DNA of 64,000 bases from Candidatus Moraniibacteriota bacterium (GTDB lineage Bacteria; Patescibacteriota; Minisyncoccia; Moranbacterales; UBA1568). Numbering within the stretch: the stretch's first letter is position 1; each line of letters begins with the position of its first letter. The stretch lies in contig JAQTRS010000001.1 in NCBI GenBank assembly GCA_028711705.1, positions 98,761-162,760 on the forward strand, in the 5' to 3' direction. A model generated the notes under the pieces. The model had not been told where the DNA came from. It made no database searches and saw only the letters and a program-made list of their open reading frames with translations. Below are positions 1 to 10,116 of the stretch, piece by piece. The position numbers were made by a program, and so were the translations under genes.

Positions 1-319
1 ACCTGACAAAAAGATCAGAGGTAATGCTTGGCAGGAGAGATATTTGCCGATTTAAGGAACCGATATATTGATAGGAATCACTGAGCCTTTGGCTGGAGGA
101 ATGGAGGTTATTTTCAACCTGCATTCTCCTCATTTTTTCTTTTTTTATTTCCCGTTGATGCAGGAGATAGACGATATACCCGATACCTAAAAGAATTACC
201 GTTACCATCGATTGAGCGTACGCGCCGGGTACGAAAAAAATATGTCCGCTGATGAAATGAGGCTCAACAACAATCAAAAGAAGTAGTGCTGCGTAAATGA
301 TATTTGTCAGTCGAAACAT
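1..319 (-). CDS. Hypothetical membrane protein, N-terminal part. The ORF runs off the window start and is absent from the ORF track.
   Basis: Manual minus-strand translation from the ATG (complement of 317-319) gives MFRLTNIIYAALLLLIVVEPHF...LLPSITSDLF with no stop before position 1. It has two hydrophobic helices and sits 12 nt upstream of the next same-strand gene. Confidence 0.4.
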   Translation of the reverse strand, partial: MFRLTNIIYAALLLLIVVEPHFISGHIFFVPGAYAQSMVTVILLGIGYIVYLLHQREIKKEKMRRMQVENNLHSSSQRLSDSYQYIGSLNRQISLLPSITSDLFVR

Positions 320-330
320 AGCTTTAACGT

Positions 331-966
331 TCATACACTTTTTCGATGAGGAATAAAAGTGGGCGTTCGCTTGGCGTAATTTTCCCATTCCTCGCCGAAC
401 TCTTTTTTAGCCTCTTGCTCTTCGCTTTTGGCAAGGCGGATATACATCCACACGAGAATCGGAAACATAATCGCTGTGAGAAGCGTCGGCCATTGCAGGA
501 GGAAGCCAAGCATAATCAGTATGAAGCCGACATACTGCGGATGACGGATGCGTGCGTACGGACCGGTCATTGCCAGCGTGTGATTTTTTTGCGCCTTATA
601 CAGCGCCCCCCACGCATCGGCGAGAAGCGAGAAACCGTAAAAGATGAGGATATAGCTTGCGATATGGAACGGTCCGAAATGCGGATCGCCTCCCCACCCG
701 AAGAAATCCTCGAGGAGGTGGCCTGAGTTGTGAGAAAAGAAATCAATGCCCGGAAATGTGGTCGAGAGCCAGCCGGAAAAGAGATAGATCGTCAGTGGGA
801 ATCCATACATCTCAGTAAAGAGCGCCACGATAAATGCCGAGAAAGCGCCGAGCGATCGCCAATCCCGAGAAGTCTTCGGCTTCGTAAAACTGAAGGCAAA
901 AATGATGAAGATGAGCGAATTGATGATGACGAGCGGCCAGAGGCCGTAGGCGGATGATCCGTTCAT
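331..966 (-). CDS. Isoprenylcysteine carboxyl methyltransferase / phospholipid methyltransferase family membrane protein
   Basis: Polytopic membrane ORF with the C-terminal RHPQYVGFIL motif characteristic of the ICMT/PEMT family. Confidence 0.65.
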   Translation of the reverse strand: MNGSSAYGLWPLVIINSLIFIIFAFSFTKPKTSRDWRSLGAFSAFIVALFTEMYGFPLTIYLFSGWLSTTFPGIDFFSHNSGHLLEDFFGWGGDPHFGPFHIASYILIFYGFSLLADAWGALYKAQKNHTLAMTGPYARIRHPQYVGFILIMLGFLLQWPTLLTAIMFPILVWMYIRLAKSEEQEAKKEFGEEWENYAKRTPTFIPHRKSV

Positions 967-975
967 ACGTATCTG

Positions 976-1236
976 TTAGTGATTATGACGCTGTTTCTCG
1001 GGACTGGCCTGACTGTCGTTTTCACTTGCGGAACCATGTCCGTGCCCGCCATGACCTCCGTGCATAAAAAGGTGCATCAGCGGACAGGCAAGCAAAATGA
1101 GGTACGGCAGAATCGATAGAATATGCGAGGTGTGATCCCTGAGAAGAGACACGAGACCAATAAAACCGATGACGAAAATAATGAGCCATGTCTTCTTTGA
1201 AAAGGTGCTTCCGTCGGGCGATTGAGAGTGCTCCAT
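976..1236 (-). CDS. Small His-rich membrane protein (DUF2933-like), putative metal-binding
   Basis: Two TM helices, a CPLMH motif and a HGGHGGHGHG tract; it lies inside the copper cluster. Confidence 0.5.
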   Translation of the reverse strand: MEHSQSPDGSTFSKKTWLIIFVIGFIGLVSLLRDHTSHILSILPYLILLACPLMHLFMHGGHGGHGHGSASENDSQASPEKQRHNH

Positions 1237-1246
1237 ATGATTAAAA

Positions 1247-1516
1247 TTATTTTTGAATTACCAAACTTGAATTATGCATCCAGACGAAGTACCAGGCGAA
1301 TATCCAGGCAAAAACAAAGAAATAGATAGCTCCCAATACCACGCTTCCGGTATTGATCCATGTAAAACCGGGAAGAGTTTCGAAGAGCGTATGATGCAAT
1401 TCCGTTCCTCTGGCGGTGCGCAAAGGCAGAAGCCCGCCGATGAGACACACAGCATACGTTATTTCCGAGCCCAGAACACATTTCCAACCGTATTTTTGTA
1501 ATGATAGCTTCTCCAT
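1247..1516 (-). CDS. Hypothetical small membrane protein
   Basis: 89-aa ORF with a hydrophobic C-terminal half (VVLGAIYFFVFAWIFAWYFVW), co-oriented with its neighbours. Confidence 0.4.
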   Translation of the reverse strand: MEKLSLQKYGWKCVLGSEITYAVCLIGGLLPLRTARGTELHHTLFETLPGFTWINTGSVVLGAIYFFVFAWIFAWYFVWMHNSSLVIQK

Positions 1517-1549
1517 AGATGTAAAAATAGTTGATTACCTGCGTTTATT

Positions 1550-2071
1550 TTACTCAATAATTATCACTCCGGTCATATCGATATGTCGGTCACCGCAAAA
1601 GGTCGAGCAAAGAAACTCAAAGCGACCTTTTTTACTCGCAACGAATTCAACCGTCTTCGTCTCCCCTACCGGAATATCGGTATTATCGATACCAAGACCG
1701 GGGATGACAATTCCGTGCAAGACATCCTCGCTTGTGATCTTGAGTCGTACCGTGTCGCCCTGCTTGACTTTGATAGTTGCCGGCTCCCATGCGAACTGTC
1801 GCCCAATCATGGCAAACTCTTTCACAATTCCTGTATTCCCCTTCTCTGTTTTTTGAGTCACATCCGGTACGCTCTTATCGATGGTTTTTTCAACAGCGGA
1901 CGCGGGCATCTCGGGTTTCATTACTTGCATCTCGGTGTTTTTTGATGGCTCTACCGGCATCGCTTCTTGCGTGTTTTGCGTATCTTTTTTCTGTGAATCG
2001 GTATATACAAACCAAGCGATTCCTTCAAGGATAACCAAGAAAAATAATGCTAACAATAAACCTTTTACCAT
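1550..2071 (-). CDS. Membrane-anchored cupredoxin-domain protein with a COX2-like binuclear CuA motif
   Basis: N-terminal signal anchor, then H-x36-C-x3-C-G-x2-H-x2-M (VLHGIV...FEFLCSTFCGDRHIDM), which matches the CuA ligand pattern of cytochrome oxidase subunit II. Confidence 0.7.
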   Translation of the reverse strand: MVKGLLLALFFLVILEGIAWFVYTDSQKKDTQNTQEAMPVEPSKNTEMQVMKPEMPASAVEKTIDKSVPDVTQKTEKGNTGIVKEFAMIGRQFAWEPATIKVKQGDTVRLKITSEDVLHGIVIPGLGIDNTDIPVGETKTVEFVASKKGRFEFLCSTFCGDRHIDMTGVIIIE

Positions 2072-2090
2072 ATCTCCCGCTTTAAAGAAA

Positions 2091-2501
2091 CTATTTATCG
2101 TCTAACAAGACTTCAAGTACTTTCACTATATGTTTATCCGCCTCATCGGCAGCATCTTCAAGCGCGGCATTTCCCGTCACGCCAAGCATCAGTTTCGGTT
2201 GTTGTGCGGAGACGATGGTCTCGTCGCCATTTCGATACACGATAACATTGCACGGCAGCATCAAACCGATTTCCTGCTCTGATTCGAGTGCCTGAAACGC
2301 AAGCGTCGGATTACACATGCCTAAAATGACATACTCATCCATTTCTTTTCCCAACTTCTCTTTCATTTTTTCTTTCATATTGATTTCCGAAAGCACACCA
2401 AAACCTTCGACCGCAAAAGCGCCCTTCACCGCCTCAACTGCCTGCGAAAAAGCGCCAGGGAGTTGTATCGAATAGCCATACTTCGTGGTAGATATTTTTT
2501 G
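2091..2501 (-). CDS. DUF302 domain protein
   Basis: ILGMCNP...LPCNVIVY matches the DUF302 signature. The start is placed at the internal Met (MQKISTT) because the longer ORF would overlap the upstream SHOCT gene. Confidence 0.6.
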   Translation of the reverse strand, partial: QKISTTKYGYSIQLPGAFSQAVEAVKGAFAVEGFGVLSEINMKEKMKEKLGKEMDEYVILGMCNPTLAFQALESEQEIGLMLPCNVIVYRNGDETIVSAQQPKLMLGVTGNAALEDAADEADKHIVKVLEVLLDDK

Positions 2502-2520
2502 CATAATGTTTTTTACCCAT

Positions 2521-2754
2521 TTACCTTTCAAGCATTTTTTTCTTTTCCTCAAATTCTTCTTTGGATATTTCCCCTTTCGCGTAGCGCTCTTCAAGGATAT
2601 TCAATGCCGAGTGGCTCTTTGTTTCTCCTCCCTGTCTTATCGCCCATTGGATGAACACGATAATAGCCCAGATAATAAGCACCCAAAAAGCGAGCATGAT
2701 CACCCACCCGAAACCGGATCCATAGTAATTCCAATTGCCCATCATAGTAATCAC
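2521..2754 (-). CDS. SHOCT-domain small membrane protein
   Basis: Two TM helices followed by ILEERYAKGEISKEEFEEKKKML, the SHOCT C-terminal motif. Confidence 0.6.
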   Translation of the reverse strand: MITMMGNWNYYGSGFGWVIMLAFWVLIIWAIIVFIQWAIRQGGETKSHSALNILEERYAKGEISKEEFEEKKKMLER

Positions 2755-2791
2755 CTCCTTTCTGCTTATGTGTACTGCACAAAATAATAAT

Positions 2792-4432
2792 CTATTCCAC
2801 TGTGAACGGAATCATCATACCGCTCTCGGCATGTTCGAGGATGTGACAGTGCGCCATCCATACACCGGGATTGGACGTTTCAAGGAGAATGTCGACCGTG
2901 TCACCCTTCAAGATGAGCGTCGTGTCCTGCCAGACGGGGTTATCGTTTTTCACCCCATTGGTCGAGAGCACCAAAAACCGCTGCCCGTGAAAGTGTATCG
3001 GATGCTGCATCGGATGCGCTGACTTCGGATCATTGAAAATCCGTATCTTCACTTTATCCCCCACTTTGAATTTCCAATCCTTCACATCCATATTGGATTT
3101 TTTGGTCGCATCATCCGTAAGCCTCCAGGTCATCATCTTCGCCGTCGTCTGCGAGTTCATCGCGCTCATCGTATCTTCCCACTCGATAGCGTCGCCATCA
3201 TCGCCCATGCCCATATCTGCGCCGGACATCATCGAGCCATTACTCATCATATGCCCGCCTCCCATATGTCCTCCGCCAGCGCTATTCATCATGCCTTGTG
3301 CCGCACCGCTCATATCGAGTTCAAGGCTGAGTTTTTTGTCAGGCGCCTTGCTCAGATAGGTATCCATCAAAGCGTTCGTTTCTTCGCCAACGGACGCATT
3401 GTGTCGCAACGTATTGAATTCTTGCGCATAACTTGTCGTGACATTCTCATCCGAAACGGCAATTGTCTCAAGAGTATGGCTCTTTCCTGGGGTCTTATGT
3501 ATCAGTTGATACGCACCCGCTTTTTCAAACAACACGTCCACGACGCGTCGCTCACCGGGAGCGATCATAACTTCGTCCGTGAATTTTTCCTGCGCGTATC
3601 GTCCCAGATCAGCTCCAACCAGTTTCATCTTGGCACCGGGGATAGCGACATTGAAAACACGGGTATTGGCCGCATTGGTGAAATAGAGACGTACGACCTC
3701 ACCTTGTTTCGCGTTCGGCCTAAACCCCGTCTCCCCATTCGTAAACATGACATTTCCAAATCGTCCCATCAAGGTATGGTCCGTCGTATCCTTTGAGAAT
3801 GGAAGCAATCCGCTTTTGTCCATGGCGATATCATCGAGTATGATCGGCACCTCCCGATTGGCTGGCAACCAATAGGCGGTGTCGGTCGGTGTCACGATGT
3901 AATTGCCATACAGACCGGATTCCAAGGTATAGTCTGTTCGTACATGCGGATGATACCAAAACACCCCCGCATCTGGAAACTTCAGTTTATACTCGAATGT
4001 CTCGCCTGGCTCGATAGCTTTTTGCGTCACATCAGGCACGCCATCAAACGCGTTCTCCATACGGACACCATGCGAATGTAAAGTCGTCGCTATATCCCCG
4101 TTATTCGTGAGTCGCACGGTAATCTGAGCACCTTGCGGGATACGCAGTGCCGGTCCCGGAACAGATCCGTTATACCCAAGCATCCTGACCCATTGACCAT
4201 TGATATTTTTCTTGACTGGCGTGATGCTCATATCAAACACATCGCCATCCTGAAGCGCTACCGGTTCGGATTCGAAAGGTTTCGCTTCGGGAAGATTCGC
4301 AATGTCTTGAGCTATCGGAATTTGAACTCGAGTAAAATCCGATAGATTGATCTTGTTGTTTCGAAGAAGGAAGATATTGACGGCAACCGCTATAATAATG
4401 AGGACGGCTCCTATTTTAAGAATTGTTGTCAT
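2792..4432 (-). CDS. Multicopper oxidase (CueO/laccase-like) with a Met/His-rich insert
   Basis: MCO copper-ligand motifs HSHG, WYHPH, HPIHFHG and HCHILEHAESGMM, plus a Met-rich segment GMMNSAGGGHMGGGHMMSNGSMMSGADMGMG typical of Cu(I) oxidases. An N-terminal anchor is present. Confidence 0.9.
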   Translation of the reverse strand: MTTILKIGAVLIIIAVAVNIFLLRNNKINLSDFTRVQIPIAQDIANLPEAKPFESEPVALQDGDVFDMSITPVKKNINGQWVRMLGYNGSVPGPALRIPQGAQITVRLTNNGDIATTLHSHGVRMENAFDGVPDVTQKAIEPGETFEYKLKFPDAGVFWYHPHVRTDYTLESGLYGNYIVTPTDTAYWLPANREVPIILDDIAMDKSGLLPFSKDTTDHTLMGRFGNVMFTNGETGFRPNAKQGEVVRLYFTNAANTRVFNVAIPGAKMKLVGADLGRYAQEKFTDEVMIAPGERRVVDVLFEKAGAYQLIHKTPGKSHTLETIAVSDENVTTSYAQEFNTLRHNASVGEETNALMDTYLSKAPDKKLSLELDMSGAAQGMMNSAGGGHMGGGHMMSNGSMMSGADMGMGDDGDAIEWEDTMSAMNSQTTAKMMTWRLTDDATKKSNMDVKDWKFKVGDKVKIRIFNDPKSAHPMQHPIHFHGQRFLVLSTNGVKNDNPVWQDTTLILKGDTVDILLETSNPGVWMAHCHILEHAESGMMIPFTVE

Positions 4433-4446
4433 AAATATTTTATTTA

Positions 4447-7400
4447 TTATTTAGCTTGAGGCTCGTCTTGCTGAATTATATCTTGATTCACCGGTTTACC
4501 CAAAGCCTGAGTCTCCATTCCTGAACTGAACTTTGCAAATTCGAAGAACCCGAATGTGAATACTGCCATCATTATGAGCGGTGCGACCAAGGATATATAG
4601 TTTCGCTTACCCGGCCTGAAAATCCTGAGCAAAAGAGAGTTACCCACAACGGAAATAGAACTCATCGCCATCGCCAGTCCTGCCAATTCCGGCTTAAGGA
4701 CAAGCCCGAATACGAAGAAGACGCGGGCGGCGATCGGAATCCCGATCACGTTATAGAACAGGGCGAAGAACATATTCTGACGTATCTTGCCCATAGTCTC
4801 TTTGGAGAGCTGAAACGAGGTCACCACATCATTAAGATCGCTCTTCATGATAACGATATCCCCCGCTTCCATAGCAACATCCGTTCCGGAGCCCATTGCG
4901 ATTCCCACATTGGCCTGAGCCAGCGCGGGTGCATCATTGATACCATCGCCGACCATCGCTACCTTTTTGCCGAGTGCTTGGATTTTTTTGACTTCATTGG
5001 CCTTATCTTCCGGCAATACCTCTGCCAAAATATTGGTGATCCCCACTTGTTTGGCGATCGCCTTGGCGGTGCGTTCATTATCTCCCGTAATCATCCATAC
5101 CTCGATGCCCATTTTTTGCAATTTGGCAACCGCTTCTCGCGACGTTTCTTTGACCGTATCGGCAACGGCGATCGTGCCGACCAAACCCTCCTTGGTTGCC
5201 AAAAGCATCGCTGTCTTCCCCTGTTCTTCAAGGCGAGACATTTTTCGATCGATCTTATTGATTGCCAAGCCAAGCGTCTCCGTCATGAGCTTTCGATTCC
5301 CGAAATAATACGTCGTGCCATTCACTTCACCCTGTACGCCGTGCCCCGGGATGGCATTGAAATTATGCACTTCTTCCAGATCGATCAGCTCCTCTTGAGC
5401 GTAGGTATAGATAGCCTCGGCCAACGGATGCTCCGAAAGTTTTTCCAGACTTGCCGCGATAGCCATGATTTCATCTTCATCCATGGCACAAAATGAAACA
5501 ACATCCGTCACTTCCGGTTTTCCATTGGTCAGTGTTCCGGTCTTATCGAAGATGACCGCGGAAATATTGCTGGCGGCTTCCAGCGCTTCGCCGCCCTTTA
5601 CCAAGATTCCGTATTCGGCACCCTTGCCTGTTCCCACCATAAGCGATGTCGGGGTTGCCAGTCCTAAAGCGCATGGACAGGCGATGACAATCACCGACGT
5701 AAACGCCATAAGCGCAAATGCAAGCGTCGAACCAAGAATGACATACCACACGAAAAACGTGATGATGGCGAGTCCGATAACCGCAGGTACAAACCATGCG
5801 GAAATATTATCCGCAAAATTCTGAATCGGCGCTTTGGAACCTTGGGCATCCTCGATGAGGCGGATGATCTGCGCCAGCGCGGTTTCACTCCCGATTTTCG
5901 TCGCCTCGAATTCAAAGCTGCCTGTCTTGTTCACCGTTCCACCGATCACACTGTCACCGACGTGTTTTTCAATCGGCAGACTTTCTCCGGTAATCATGGA
6001 TTCATCCACAGTGGATGATCCCTTAGTAATCTTTCCATCCACGGGAATCTTTTCTCCCGGGCGAACAAGGATGATATCGCCATGAACGACGCTCTCGATA
6101 GCAATATCGAGAGTCTTTCCGTCGCGTAGCACACGTGCGGTCTTCGCTTGAAGCCCCATGAGCTTCTTGATCGCATCGGACGTCTTGCCTTTCGTTCTGA
6201 TTTCGAGCCACTTACCCAAAATGACAAAAGTGATCAGGTACGCGGCCGTTTCAAAGTAGAGGTCGGGAATCTTCATGCCGCCCACGCCGATCAATGCATC
6301 GTTCGCCAGGACATAGGCAACATAGTTGTACAGGCTGTAGAAAAATGCCGTGCTCGTACCGATAGCTATCAGGCTATCCATATTGAACGTTTTCATCTTG
6401 AGCGCCGACCACATACCCTTGTAAAATCCCGCTCCGATAATGAACTGTATCGGTATGGTCAGGAGGAGAGAAAAAACGCCGATATATGGAGCAAATGCCG
6501 TTTCTCCGGGAAGCCACTTGAAAAAATCCAGTAACATAAAATACAGCATCGGCAAACTCAGGATGAAACTGAACATGAATTTGCTGAAGTACGAAGAAAT
6601 TTCCTTCTCGCGTTTTCGTGTCTCATATTCCGTATCCTTCGCATCCACTTCCTCTCCGCGATATCCCACTTTTGCAATCGCATCGATAAGCGCCTTCGTA
6701 TCCGAAACGCCCCCGTCGAAAAGGATAGAAGCTTTTTCAGCGGAAAAATTAACGTTCGCTTGTTTGACACCGGGAACCTTCTTGAGCTGCCGTTCGATGA
6801 TGTTTGCGCACGAAGAACAATGCATCCCGAAGAGCGATAGGCTCACGCGCTTGTTCGAGGAGTCTGGAGCAGCACTATTCGTAGCATCTGACACCATTTT
6901 GTTCTCAGAAGCGGCCGCTATGCTGTGTTGTGACAGAGTATTGTTCTGATCACCGCCAACAACCGCATCGAACAGATGCGAAAGGTTTGTCGCATTCACG
7001 AGCTGATCGACAAACCCGCGGGCTTGCATATCACCCTGAGGAATATCGAATTCCGCACTCCGATTATTCTTGATCTTACCCTCGAAATACGGTCGTCCGT
7101 CGGGTCCTTCGAGCACTTTTCCTTCTGCCTCGATCTTCGATTCAAGTTTCATGGTCATCGATGTATCATTCGCTACCGTGTTTTCGATAACCGTGATGTC
7201 CGATTTCTCCGGGGATACATCAGACGCTACCGTTTCTTCATCCGTAATCATAGCATCATATCCGGCGCGTTTCACCGCATCGATCACATCCTGTCGAGAA
7301 TTCATATCACTCTCCAGAGTCAGCGCTCCCGTACCGAAATTCGCATCAACAGTAACATCGCTCACACCGGGAAGCTCGCTCAATTCTTCTTTCGTAAGCA

Positions 7401-7461
7401 CTTCGCAAGATGCGCAGTGCATTCCGGTAATCCGTAGTCGTATTCTTTCTTTCATAGGCAT
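4447..7461 (-). CDS. copA: Copper-translocating P1B-type ATPase with two N-terminal HMA domains
   Basis: GMHCASCE and [11 protein letters not shown] motifs, a CPC ([11 protein letters not shown]) metal site, and DKTGTLT, TGDN and GDGINDAP P-type ATPase motifs. Confidence 0.95.
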   Translation of the reverse strand: MPMKERIRLRITGMHCASCEVLTKEELSELPGVSDVTVDANFGTGALTLESDMNSRQDVIDAVKRAGYDAMITDEETVASDVSPEKSDITVIENTVANDTSMTMKLESKIEAEGKVLEGPDGRPYFEGKIKNNRSAEFDIPQGDMQARGFVDQLVNATNLSHLFDAVVGGDQNNTLSQHSIAAASENKMVSDATNSAAPDSSNKRVSLSLFGMHCSSCANIIERQLKKVPGVKQANVNFSAEKASILFDGGVSDTKALIDAIAKVGYRGEEVDAKDTEYETRKREKEISSYFSKFMFSFILSLPMLYFMLLDFFKWLPGETAFAPYIGVFSLLLTIPIQFIIGAGFYKGMWSALKMKTFNMDSLIAIGTSTAFFYSLYNYVAYVLANDALIGVGGMKIPDLYFETAAYLITFVILGKWLEIRTKGKTSDAIKKLMGLQAKTARVLRDGKTLDIAIESVVHGDIILVRPGEKIPVDGKITKGSSTVDESMITGESLPIEKHVGDSVIGGTVNKTGSFEFEATKIGSETALAQIIRLIEDAQGSKAPIQNFADNISAWFVPAVIGLAIITFFVWYVILGSTLAFALMAFTSVIVIACPCALGLATPTSLMVGTGKGAEYGILVKGGEALEAASNISAVIFDKTGTLTNGKPEVTDVVSFCAMDEDEIMAIAASLEKLSEHPLAEAIYTYAQEELIDLEEVHNFNAIPGHGVQGEVNGTTYYFGNRKLMTETLGLAINKIDRKMSRLEEQGKTAMLLATKEGLVGTIAVADTVKETSREAVAKLQKMGIEVWMITGDNERTAKAIAKQVGITNILAEVLPEDKANEVKKIQALGKKVAMVGDGINDAPALAQANVGIAMGSGTDVAMEAGDIVIMKSDLNDVVTSFQLSKETMGKIRQNMFFALFYNVIGIPIAARVFFVFGLVLKPELAGLAMAMSSISVVGNSLLLRIFRPGKRNYISLVAPLIMMAVFTFGFFEFAKFSSGMETQALGKPVNQDIIQQDEPQAK

Positions 7462-7487
7462 TCTTTAGAATTAATTTCATCGAATAG

Positions 7488-7694
7488 TCAGATGGATGTC
7501 ACCGTATAACCAAGTCCGTCCAATGCTTCGGATATTTCATCACGTGCAATGACTCGACTGGCGCATACTTTGGATGCTCCATCCGGCTGGATGGTTACCT
7601 CGGTCACGTAGCTAATCTTCTTGATTTTCAGAGTTGATAATTTGACGCAGGCTTCGCAATGAAAACCGTTGATTTTGAATGTTGTTTCGTTCAT
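7488..7694 (-). CDS. copZ: Heavy-metal-associated domain copper chaperone (CopZ-like)
   Basis: 68-aa ORF with a GFHCEAC metal-binding motif at the canonical HMA position. Confidence 0.75.
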   Translation of the reverse strand: MNETTFKINGFHCEACVKLSTLKIKKISYVTEVTIQPDGASKVCASRVIARDEISEALDGLGYTVTSI

Positions 7695-7721
7695 ACGTAT
7701 TCTTTCAGAATAAAAAGTTGG

Positions 7722-9134
7722 TTATTCCACGATAAATGCTCCGGTATACATTCCCATCGCGCATGAGAACGGAATTTTTCCGGTTTTTTTAGGCGTGAAC
7801 TCGATGATGTTTTCACCCGCCTTCAAGGTTTTTTGAATTTTCAAACTCGAAACCACAATGCTGCTCGCGCAAGAATACGGATCATTGGCGGTAATCACCC
7901 ATTTCACAGGAACGTCCTTTTTGATCGTAAACTTATCGGGCGTATAGCCACGAGAACTTTCGGTCATCGTCACTACCTGCACGCCGTTCGCCAGCTTCAC
8001 ATTCGCATCATTAACCGGAACACTCTTAGGCGTGCTCTTAAGAGCACCCGACGTGCTGCTGACAACACTGGATGACCTATTGCTATTCGCATCCGATCCC
8101 CACTCCCATCCTGTCAGATTGTATCCATTGTTGATATTGAATACGGCTAAAAGAATCACTACGATGCCGGCGAACTTAAAGAATCGCTGCGCGAAAATTC
8201 CTTTTATGATCGAGGTGAGGCCGCCCACGCCGAGCAATCCCGGAGCCGTTCCCAGTGCGAATATTCCCATAATGAGCGCTCCTTGAGTGAAGCTTCCCGT
8301 ACTGATCGCATAGAGCTGCATCGCCTGCGTAAATCCGCATGGCAGGAAAAAGGTGAGCGCGCCCGTAATCATCGAGCCTTGATGCGAGTATTCTTTCTCA
8401 TGATGCTTTTTGATGCCGAAAAACCTGCTGATTCCTTTCGGCAAAGTAATGCCGGCATGTTCCATGCGGGGAAATATTCCCGTGAGTTTCATACCAAGCG
8501 TGAGCATCACCACGCCCACGATGATAGTGAGTAATCCCAAGGTACTTCCGGAAAGTTGTAGCACGGATCCAAGCGAACCCAATATGCCACCCAGAAGCGC
8601 ATACCCTCCGATTCTTCCGAGATTGAAAAACAGATGCGGTCTGAATTTTTGCATGGATGTTGCCTCGGGGTGGAGCTCCGCATGCCTCGCAGAAATACCC
8701 AGGATCAAACCGCCGACAAGCGCCATGCAGGTGGAGAGACCGGCGGTCAATCCCACAAGAAACACGACCGGCAAACCTGACGGGTTGGAGACCGATCCGA
8801 TATTGATGCTCGTAATACCGAGGTTTCTTAGCAGCAGATAGATACCGATAAGAAACAAAAAGGCGACGCCCAAGTCTTTATACTCTTCCGGGTCCTTACT
8901 CAAGAAAGGTTTTTTCGTGCCTGTGCCTACGGTATATCCCGCTTCTCTGATAGCTGTCTCAATGACATGGGTATCCGGCTTTTTTGTTCCGTAGTAAACT
9001 TCGACAGTCCCCTTTTTATACTTCACGACTGTTTTGTGAATACCAGGAATCCGAGTCAGGGCGTCTTCGATTAAGAGTTCGCACGAACGGCAATGCATGC
9101 CATTGATAGATAGGGTGAATTTGTTTTTTTCCAT
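7722..9134 (-). CDS. HMA domain fused to a polytopic permease (DsbD_2/TauE-like) with a C-terminal cupredoxin-like domain; putative metal transporter
   Basis: N-terminal GMHCRSCE HMA motif; about 8 TM helices carrying Cys motifs (GLSTCMAL, FFLPCGFTQA); C-terminal soluble domain ending FSCAMGMYTGAFIV, which resembles the Cupredoxin_1 family. Confidence 0.65.
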   Translation of the reverse strand: MEKNKFTLSINGMHCRSCELLIEDALTRIPGIHKTVVKYKKGTVEVYYGTKKPDTHVIETAIREAGYTVGTGTKKPFLSKDPEEYKDLGVAFLFLIGIYLLLRNLGITSINIGSVSNPSGLPVVFLVGLTAGLSTCMALVGGLILGISARHAELHPEATSMQKFRPHLFFNLGRIGGYALLGGILGSLGSVLQLSGSTLGLLTIIVGVVMLTLGMKLTGIFPRMEHAGITLPKGISRFFGIKKHHEKEYSHQGSMITGALTFFLPCGFTQAMQLYAISTGSFTQGALIMGIFALGTAPGLLGVGGLTSIIKGIFAQRFFKFAGIVVILLAVFNINNGYNLTGWEWGSDANSNRSSSVVSSTSGALKSTPKSVPVNDANVKLANGVQVVTMTESSRGYTPDKFTIKKDVPVKWVITANDPYSCASSIVVSSLKIQKTLKAGENIIEFTPKKTGKIPFSCAMGMYTGAFIVE

Positions 9135-9237
9135 AATTACGCTGCTGTTATAAAGTTATCGCCTCAGAATCAACGTCATTCTGAAGTACGTAAGAGCACC
9201 CTTTCCTTCGATAAAGACGGGTGTATAACAGCAGAGA

Positions 9238-9636
9238 CTACTCTTTTTTAATCACCGAAAACAAGTTATCGATTCGCGGCGGAGGCAAATATGATGCGAT
9301 ATGCACAGCATCCCCGGCAAAGGGCGCTCGTTCAGAAAATGTATCCGCTACGGTAATGTCGGGCGCTGAAAATTTGAGCGTATTCTTTGTTGAAGATACA
9401 GTCGTGGCATCAATAATGCGTCCCGATGTATTGGTATGGCATTGTTTTGCACTCTTTTCGTGTGCGGTATAAGAATCAATCGTCGTTGTATTGCCATCAA
9501 GCATTTTATAATGGATCGGCGTGTCATGAGAGGCTTCCGATGCGAAAGCACTCGATCCGCAACAAAAACCTCCCGCGATAGCAAGAAATGTTGCAACCAA
9601 GAGAGAGGCTATAATTTTCTTTCGAAAGAAATTCAT
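9238..9636 (-). CDS. Secreted hypothetical protein (signal peptide)
   Basis: N-terminal MNFFRKKIIASLLVATFLAIAGG signal, followed by a hydrophilic domain. Confidence 0.5.
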   Translation of the reverse strand: MNFFRKKIIASLLVATFLAIAGGFCCGSSAFASEASHDTPIHYKMLDGNTTTIDSYTAHEKSAKQCHTNTSGRIIDATTVSSTKNTLKFSAPDITVADTFSERAPFAGDAVHIASYLPPPRIDNLFSVIKKE

Positions 9637-9714
9637 ATGCTTTTATAATACCATGTATCGTCCAGGATTGCTGCGAGCCGCCAAGGCGGGGCAAATCTCA
9701 CCCGTAATGACACG

Positions 9715-9987
9715 CTAATTCGATAGATTATATATCTTCAAAAGTTCCTCGATCGCTTTCTCTTTGTCCTCCGCCATCTGGTGTGCGACGCAGGTATCAA
9801 GGTGCCCCGCAAGCAATTCCCGCTTGGTTGTTTTGAGCAAACCGATCACGCTGTCGATCTGCTGGATCACCTCCGGGCAATACCTCCCCGCACCGATCAT
9901 CTCGGTTATTTTCCCCAGCGTCCCCTGCGCCTGCTTGGCACACTTCTGCGCCTTGAGTTTCTTTTCTGATAACACTTTTTTCTCCAT
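9715..9987 (-). CDS. csoR: CsoR/RcnR-family metal-sensing transcriptional repressor
   Basis: 90 aa with the RYCPEV...AGHLDTCV arrangement of Cys, His and Cys ligands typical of CsoR (DUF156). Confidence 0.8.
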   Translation of the reverse strand: MEKKVLSEKKLKAQKCAKQAQGTLGKITEMIGAGRYCPEVIQQIDSVIGLLKTTKRELLAGHLDTCVAHQMAEDKEKAIEELLKIYNLSN

Positions 9988-10116
9988 ATATGCATGCGTA
10001 TTAATACTAACCTCCTACCTACAGTATAGGTTATATGCAAACGGTGTCAAATAGGTACTAAAAAACGCCGCGAACGACGCAGTTTAGCGTATGAAAATAT
10101 GGAGATGAGCGATTCT

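Noticed and set aside
346-957. + strand ORFs 346..726 and 730..957
   Set aside because: Antisense to the ICMT-like membrane protein gene.
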